Assembly (NCBI GenBank): GCA_001789045.1
Contig: MFYG01000013.1
Coordinates: 12,016 to 64,929 of the forward strand
Reading direction: 5' to 3'
DNA: 52,914 nucleotides
Source of the DNA: Candidatus Peribacteria bacterium RIFCSPLOWO2_12_FULL_55_15
Lineage (GTDB): Bacteria > Patescibacteriota > Gracilibacteria > Peribacterales > Peribacteraceae
Part shown: positions 47,507-52,914 of the stretch, one piece after another
Position numbering within the stretch: position 1 is the stretch's first letter
Layout of the letters: every line of letters starts with the position of its first letter
The notes under the pieces: model-generated
Seen by the model: only the letters and a program-made list of their open reading frames with translations
The model's database searches: none
What the model was told of the DNA's origin: nothing
Translations under genes and position numbers: made by a program

Positions 47507-50143
47507 ATGCTTCCCTTTGATCGCTTCACGCCGAATGCCAAACTTGCCCTCCAGCTCGCAGAACAAGAGGCCAAAAACTCCAAGGGGAGCTATATTGGCT
47601 CCGAACACCTCCTCCTCGGTCTCCTCAGCATCCCCAAATCCCTCGGCTTCTCCATTTTTACCGGTGCAGGGGTAACGTTGGAAAACACGCGCATCCTCCT
47701 TAAAACAACGAAGTCCACAAATGATGAAGGGGAAAACATTAAACACGGTCTTTCTGTTTCCATCCATAACGTCATCGAGCAGTCTGTCGTCACCGCCCAC
47801 AAATATCGCCACGCAAACGTCGGCACAGAGCATCTCGTTCATGCACTGGTTTCCACAGGAAAAAATGCGGCAACCATCCTCCTCGAACAGATGCAGGTCG
47901 ACCCGGAGGAACTCCGCCTGCGCGTTGAAGAAATGTTCGGACAAATCAGCCAATTCCGGCAACAGAGCCGTGATATTGAGCAATCTCTCGAAGCATTTTT
48001 CCATGGACTCCAGGGGGCAATCGTAGGCATGCAAGCCACTCCAGGAAATGAACCGGAAGGACTACGGAGACGACGAGCGGAGAAGAACAGTAAGACGCCT
48101 GTCCTCGATTACTTCACAGATGATCTCGTCGTGAAAGCGCGAACAGGAAAACTCGACCCAACCATCGGGAGAGACAGCGAAATCGAGAGACTCATTCACA
48201 TTCTCAATCGAAAAACGAAGAATAACCCAATACTCATCGGAGAACCGGGAGTTGGAAAAACGGCCATTGTAGAAGGATTGGCTCTCCGCATCGCCAAAGG
48301 CAGCGTCCCAAGTTCACTCAACGGAAAACGGATCCTTCTCCTCAATATGGGAGCGCTCGTGGCAGGCACAAAGTATCGCGGGGAATTTGAACAACGATTT
48401 GAAGACATTATTAAGGAAGCAGCGCAAGCAGAAGGAAAGATCATCCTCTTCATCGATGAAATGCATACCGTCATTGGTGCAGGATCTGCCGAGGGATCAC
48501 TCGATGCGGCGAATATTCTCAAGCCGGCGCTCAGCCGCGGTACACTGCAAGTTATCGGCGCAACGACACTCGATGAGTACCGTACGCTCGAAAAAGACAG
48601 GGCACTGACGCGTCGTCTCCAGGCAATCGTCGTGGAAGAACCAAATATTGCGGATACTCTCGAAATCCTGCACGGCATCCGGTCATCCTTCGAGCAATTC
48701 CATCACGTCGCCATAACGGACGAAGCTCTGGAAACAGCAGTACATTTGAGTAAACGCTACATCTTTGAACGCTTCCTCCCGGATAAAGCCATTGATATCC
48801 TCGACGAAGCTGCAGCAGGGAAGAGACTCGCCCACACAGAATCCGTACCGGAAATACAGAAAATTGATGGGAAACTTGAAGAACTCACAACAAAGCAGCA
48901 GAGCGCCGTTCATGAGCAGAAATACCACATTGCACTCAAGCTGAAACAGGAGCAGCAAACACTGAAGGAACAGAGAGACCAACTAATCGCCATCAGGGAT
49001 GGAGACTGCCGCTCTCCAGTAAATATCACCGGCGATGACATCGCTGCTGTCGTTAGTAGGATGACAGGAATTCCAGTCACCAAACTCCTGAAGACCGAGA
49101 TCCGGCGTCTCACCAACCTCGAACAGCATTTTCGCAAGCACATTGTCGGACAGGATGATGCCATCCGTAACGTCGCTCGAGCTATCCGACGCAATCGCGT
49201 AGGGATTGGCGATGCCAGGCGTCCCATTGGTTCTTTCCTCTTTCTTGGGCCCACAGGCGTTGGGAAAACCGAGCTCGTACGAACAATTGCGCGAGAAGTA
49301 TTCAACCGAGAGGATGCCCTCATCAAAATCGACATGTCAGAATTCATGGAACGTCACAACGTTTCTCGCCTTACAGGCGCAACGCCGGGTTATGTGGGCT
49401 ATGAAGAGGGTGGACAATTGACCGAAATGGTCCGCCGAAAACCGTATTCTGTCATCCTCTTCGATGAGGTGGAGAAAGCACACCCGGAATTCTTCAATCT
49501 TCTCCTCCAAATTTTAGAAGATGGAGTACTGACGGACGGACAAGGAAAACGCGTTGACTTCACCAATACCATCATTGTCATGACAAGTAATATCGGGTCA
49601 GAAAAACTGAGCCGCCAGGCAGCGAAAATTGGCTTCAAGCTCCATGGCGAAGCACAAGCAGAAGAACTCCAATATGAAGAAAAACGACAGGAGGTCATCA
49701 CAGAACTCAAAGAGCACTTCCGCCCCGAATTTCTGAATCGCATTGACCACATCGTAGTCTTCAATGCTCTCAATCAGGAACATATCCGCAAAATTGTAAA
49801 AATGCATATCGAATTCCTCGCAGAACGCTTACAAAAACAGGGGTACAGTCTCTCAGTGGAACAGAGCGTCATTAACATGCTTGCAAGCGATGGTTTCGAC
49901 CCGGAATACGGAGCGCGTCCAGTTCGCCGACTCCTCCAACAACGCCTCGAAGATGAAATTGCCGAGCATATCCTGAAAGGAATCTTCCAAAAAGGAGATA
50001 CGATCTGCGTGATCAAACGCGGACCGCAAACGATAGAATTCTTGCCAAAAAAACAAAAATCACTTTCCAGTCATTCACCCCACTTCGCCCTTTCCTCCAA
50101 TCTAATCGGCACAGGTGGAAAGGAATCCACAGACATGGTATAA
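47507..50143 (+). CDS. clpC: ClpC-type Clp ATPase
   Basis: Clp_N repeats (EHLLLGL), GEPGVGKT, GPTGVGKT, DMSEFME, short UVR-like middle domain, GARP. Confidence 0.93.
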   Translation: MLPFDRFTPNAKLALQLAEQEAKNSKGSYIGSEHLLLGLLSIPKSLGFSIFTGAGVTLENTRILLKTTKSTNDEGENIKHGLSVSIHNVIEQSVVTAHKYRHANVGTEHLVHALVSTGKNAATILLEQMQVDPEELRLRVEEMFGQISQFRQQSRDIEQSLEAFFHGLQGAIVGMQATPGNEPEGLRRRRAEKNSKTPVLDYFTDDLVVKARTGKLDPTIGRDSEIERLIHILNRKTKNNPILIGEPGVGKTAIVEGLALRIAKGSVPSSLNGKRILLLNMGALVAGTKYRGEFEQRFEDIIKEAAQAEGKIILFIDEMHTVIGAGSAEGSLDAANILKPALSRGTLQVIGATTLDEYRTLEKDRALTRRLQAIVVEEPNIADTLEILHGIRSSFEQFHHVAITDEALETAVHLSKRYIFERFLPDKAIDILDEAAAGKRLAHTESVPEIQKIDGKLEELTTKQQSAVHEQKYHIALKLKQEQQTLKEQRDQLIAIRDGDCRSPVNITGDDIAAVVSRMTGIPVTKLLKTEIRRLTNLEQHFRKHIVGQDDAIRNVARAIRRNRVGIGDARRPIGSFLFLGPTGVGKTELVRTIAREVFNREDALIKIDMSEFMERHNVSRLTGATPGYVGYEEGGQLTEMVRRKPYSVILFDEVEKAHPEFFNLLLQILEDGVLTDGQGKRVDFTNTIIVMTSNIGSEKLSRQAAKIGFKLHGEAQAEELQYEEKRQEVITELKEHFRPEFLNRIDHIVVFNALNQEHIRKIVKMHIEFLAERLQKQGYSLSVEQSVINMLASDGFDPEYGARPVRRLLQQRLEDEIAEHILKGIFQKGDTICVIKRGPQTIEFLPKKQKSLSSHSPHFALSSNLIGTGGKESTDMV

Positions 50144-50150
50144 TGATGAG

Positions 50151-50627
50151 ATGGCAATTGAGACCGTAAAAATACCACAGAACGTCCTCATTGAGGACCG
50201 CATCATCGGCACCGTCACTCTGCGGCAACTGATCATTACAATAATAGGGTGCGGGATCAGCTACGCAATCTGGTCAAACCTGCAGAAAATCTTCGTCAAC
50301 ATCAGTATTCCCGTTACTATTATCGCGTGGATACCAGCAGTGATCTTCATTGCCTTCGCATTCGTAAAAGTTTACGACTTGAGCCTCTTACGCATTATAT
50401 TCCTCATGATCGAGAGGTCCGTAAAACCACAAACTCGCATATGGGCTCCTCGCTCAGGAATGAGCACCATAAATCCCCATACATTCGCAAAACCCGAAAA
50501 AAAGAAGATATCCACTGGAACAGAACAGGAAAAACCACAGAGCATCGAGAAATTGAGTTCCATGCTCGACATCTCCCAACTTGATGCGTCACAGATCTCC
50601 ATGGTTTCCTACAAACATACACTATGA
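50151..50627 (+). CDS. PrgI-family (VirB3-like) membrane protein
   Basis: KIPQNV..EDRIIG..TLRQ, two TM helices; TATAAT just upstream. Confidence 0.8.
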   Translation: MAIETVKIPQNVLIEDRIIGTVTLRQLIITIIGCGISYAIWSNLQKIFVNISIPVTIIAWIPAVIFIAFAFVKVYDLSLLRIIFLMIERSVKPQTRIWAPRSGMSTINPHTFAKPEKKKISTGTEQEKPQSIEKLSSMLDISQLDASQISMVSYKHTL

Positions 50628-51340
50628 CAACGAAACCACCACCAGATACCGTCAGACAACGGAAGAAAAACACTACGATAGGAACACAACGATACCTCCC
50701 AATTGCTGAAATCCGCAATAACACAGTGATCCTGAAAAACGGCGGCTTGCGTGCGATCCTCCATGTTGAAGCAACCAACTTTCATCTGAAAAGTGAGACG
50801 GAACAGGAAGCAATCATCGCAGGATACGGCGCATTTTTGAATACCGTCTCTTTCCCAATACAGATTCTCGTACGCTCAACGCATATCAACATCGATACAT
50901 ACCTGGCTTACCTACAGTCGAAAATGGAGCAGCAGAAGAACTTGCTTCTTCAAGAACAGACCGCATCACATATCAACTTCATCGTACGCCTCCTGGAAAT
51001 GGCAGATATCATGCAGAAACATTTCTATCTCATCCTGCCCATCGACCGGAACGTCCGACGGAAAACGCTCCTAGAGAAATTCCTCGAATGGCTTCATCCC
51101 GAGGATAGTGCGGTAAAAGCTGCGCAACGGAATAGGGAATTCAATGAAGGTGCCCGCATGCTGAATGACCGCATTGAACTGGCACAATCTGGATTAAATG
51201 GCGTCGGACTCCATACCAGCCGACTCCAAACGAGAGAACTCATCCAGCTCTATTACGAGATATACAATCCCCAAACGAGCCAGCGCCAGAAAATCCCCCA
51301 AAATATTACAGATCTCAACACCGACGCGACAACGCTCTGA
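50624..51340 (+). CDS. Conserved T4SS-associated protein (TraC/VirB4 N-terminal-like)
   Basis: TQRYLPIAEIR, NFHLKSETEQEAI, FLN..FPIQI, YYEIYNP; follows PrgI. Confidence 0.7.
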   Translation: MTTKPPPDTVRQRKKNTTIGTQRYLPIAEIRNNTVILKNGGLRAILHVEATNFHLKSETEQEAIIAGYGAFLNTVSFPIQILVRSTHINIDTYLAYLQSKMEQQKNLLLQEQTASHINFIVRLLEMADIMQKHFYLILPIDRNVRRKTLLEKFLEWLHPEDSAVKAAQRNREFNEGARMLNDRIELAQSGLNGVGLHTSRLQTRELIQLYYEIYNPQTSQRQKIPQNITDLNTDATTL

Positions 51341-51452
51341 GTGGGGGGATTGACAGGAAAAACATAGGATGGAAAAATCAGTGCTGGCATGTTGCTCGTG
51401 CAGGAACACTGCCACCTCGTTGTATCCATTCCCCCTGCACCCATCTCCCATC

Positions 51453-52793
51453 ATGTCAAAAACACCGTCGACAGCGACACACAGCATGGAAGAACTCCTC
51501 CGAAATTCCCCGGAAGTGCTCCGTCCAAGGCCTGGAGAACTCCTAGAAGGGACGGTAATTTTTAAAGGCAAGAACAAGCTCCTCCTAGATCTTCATGGAG
51601 TCACGACTGCAATTATCTCGGGACGGGAACTCCGAGATTCTTTTAACACATTCCGGGACCTCCAGATTGGGAGTTGTGTAATAGCGCTTGTCCTCGAAGA
51701 AGAGAACGATGAGGGGCTCGTAGTCATGAGTTTGAGAAAAGCAAGCCAACAAAAGGCTTGGGATCACTTTCATGACCTCATCGGTTCTGGAAAAACCATG
51801 CCATTCACTGCACAAGAAGCAAATAAGGGGGGACTCCTTGCAAATATTGACGGCATCCGCACATTCCTCCCCGTCAGTCAACTCGCTCCCGCGCACTACC
51901 CACGAGTATCCAACGCAGACACGAGTGAAATTCTTTCTCGGCTCCAAAAACTGGTCGGTCATACGTTCTCTGTAAAAATAATCACCATGGATGAGGATGC
52001 AGGAAAAATCGTTGTATCGGAACGCGAAGCGATGGCAGAAGAACGATCAAAAACACTCGAAAGTCTCAAAATGGGCGATGTCCGCGATGGAATTGTCAGT
52101 GGCATTGCCAAATTCGGCTTGTTTGTGACCTTCGAAGGCCTCGAAGGACTCGTGCATATTTCAGAGATCGCATGGGGCCACGTGAAGAATCCTGCCGAGC
52201 ATGCAGAAGCAGGCGACAGAGTGACCGTGAAAGTGATTGGCATCGATGGTGACAAGCTTTCCCTCAGTATGAAACAATTGGCAAATGACCCATGGGAGGA
52301 AGTGGCGGAACGCTACCCAGTTGGCAAGAAAGTAACAGGGTCGGTTGTGCGTTTCGCGGACTACGGCGCATTCATACGACTCGAGAAAGATATCAACGGT
52401 CTCATTCATCTCTCCGAACTCGCACATCACCACATCAACGACCCTGCAGAGGTCCTCACGATCGGCCAGCGTATTGACGCACAGGTCATTAATATCGATG
52501 TCGACGAGCGACGTATCGGTCTCTCCCTCAAAGCTCTCCTCCCCATCGATAAGGAAACCCTCGAGCGCATCCGGCGCGAGCGTGAGGAAGAGGAAAAAAG
52601 AAAAGAAGAAAAAGATGCATCCTCCTCCGCCAAGGCTACGGAGGACAAGAAAGAGGAAAGTGCATGGGTCGCAAGTAAAACAGGCAAAAAATACTACCCG
52701 AAAAATTCTGCTACTGCCAAGAAAATTAAAGAGGAAAACCGCGTGTATTTCGCTAATGCAGAAGAGGCAGAAAAGGCTGGCTACTCTGCGTAG
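51453..52793 (+). CDS. rpsA: 30S ribosomal protein S1 (four S1 domains) with a C-terminal Ada-like appendage
   Basis: NKGGL, FLPVSQL, EGLVHISE, GLIHLSE, RIGLSLK; tail VASKTGKKYY...EEAEKAGY. Confidence 0.92.
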   Translation: MSKTPSTATHSMEELLRNSPEVLRPRPGELLEGTVIFKGKNKLLLDLHGVTTAIISGRELRDSFNTFRDLQIGSCVIALVLEEENDEGLVVMSLRKASQQKAWDHFHDLIGSGKTMPFTAQEANKGGLLANIDGIRTFLPVSQLAPAHYPRVSNADTSEILSRLQKLVGHTFSVKIITMDEDAGKIVVSEREAMAEERSKTLESLKMGDVRDGIVSGIAKFGLFVTFEGLEGLVHISEIAWGHVKNPAEHAEAGDRVTVKVIGIDGDKLSLSMKQLANDPWEEVAERYPVGKKVTGSVVRFADYGAFIRLEKDINGLIHLSELAHHHINDPAEVLTIGQRIDAQVINIDVDERRIGLSLKALLPIDKETLERIRREREEEEKRKEEKDASSSAKATEDKKEESAWVASKTGKKYYPKNSATAKKIKEENRVYFANAEEAEKAGYSA

Positions 52794-52796
52794 ATT

Positions 52797-52913
52797 TTAG
52801 AACTCTTGATCGGAGAGAAAATGGAGGTGGAGGTAAAACACCTCCTGCCCTCCCGCCTTCCCGACATGGAAGAGGAGCTTGTACCCCGTGAGGCTCTTCT
52901 CCTTCGCAAATTG
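52797..52913 (-). CDS. 3' end of a HIT-family protein (truncated by the window edge)
   Basis: Minus-strand translation ...GYKLLFHVGKAGGQEVFYLHLHFLSDQEF*. Confidence 0.7.
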   Translation of the reverse strand, partial: QFAKEKSLTGYKLLFHVGKAGGQEVFYLHLHFLSDQEF

Positions 52914-52914
52914 T

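Noticed and set aside
1-52914. Alternative genetic code (TGA = Gly, as in Gracilibacteria)
   Set aside because: Conserved genes are uninterrupted in code 11 and several end in TGA with ATGA coupling.

Overview
This is ~53 kb of a Patescibacteria/CPR-type chromosome, most like Ca. Peribacteria/Peregrinibacteria. The lineage call is inferred from gene content, membrane-anchored MurF, dispersed VirB4/PrgI/pilin genes and leaderless starts; TGA is used as a stop. In order, the window holds: (1) a copper/metal cluster with CsoR, CopZ and a CopA P1B-ATPase fused in frame to a complete Cu-nitrite reductase (NirK), followed by ackA-xfp; (2) a 0.76-kb HEPN-MNT islet bounded by a duplicated tRNA(CAT) 3' half; (3) a cell-wall operon led by a PRMT-like methyltransferase and containing many in-frame REP-like insertions; (4) housekeeping genes (argS, fmt, metG, tatD, ruvB, rplK, rplA, clpC, rpsA) and five tRNAs. 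The most striking feature lies downstream of tRNA-Gly(CCC): a tandem array of integrase-less cargo cassettes. Each ends in a 60-bp repeat that terminates in GCTCCA like the tRNA and encodes, on the minus strand, the same 19-codon tail (WSSKL[D/E]AIR...stop). The cargo is a YunG-like/deaminase fusion, a disabled diversity-generating retroelement (intact-looking target, RT with its catalytic core deleted, no TR or Avd seen), a frameshifted NYN nuclease with a candidate antisense small RNA, and two hypothetical genes. All family assignments come from motif recognition by eye; no searches were run.
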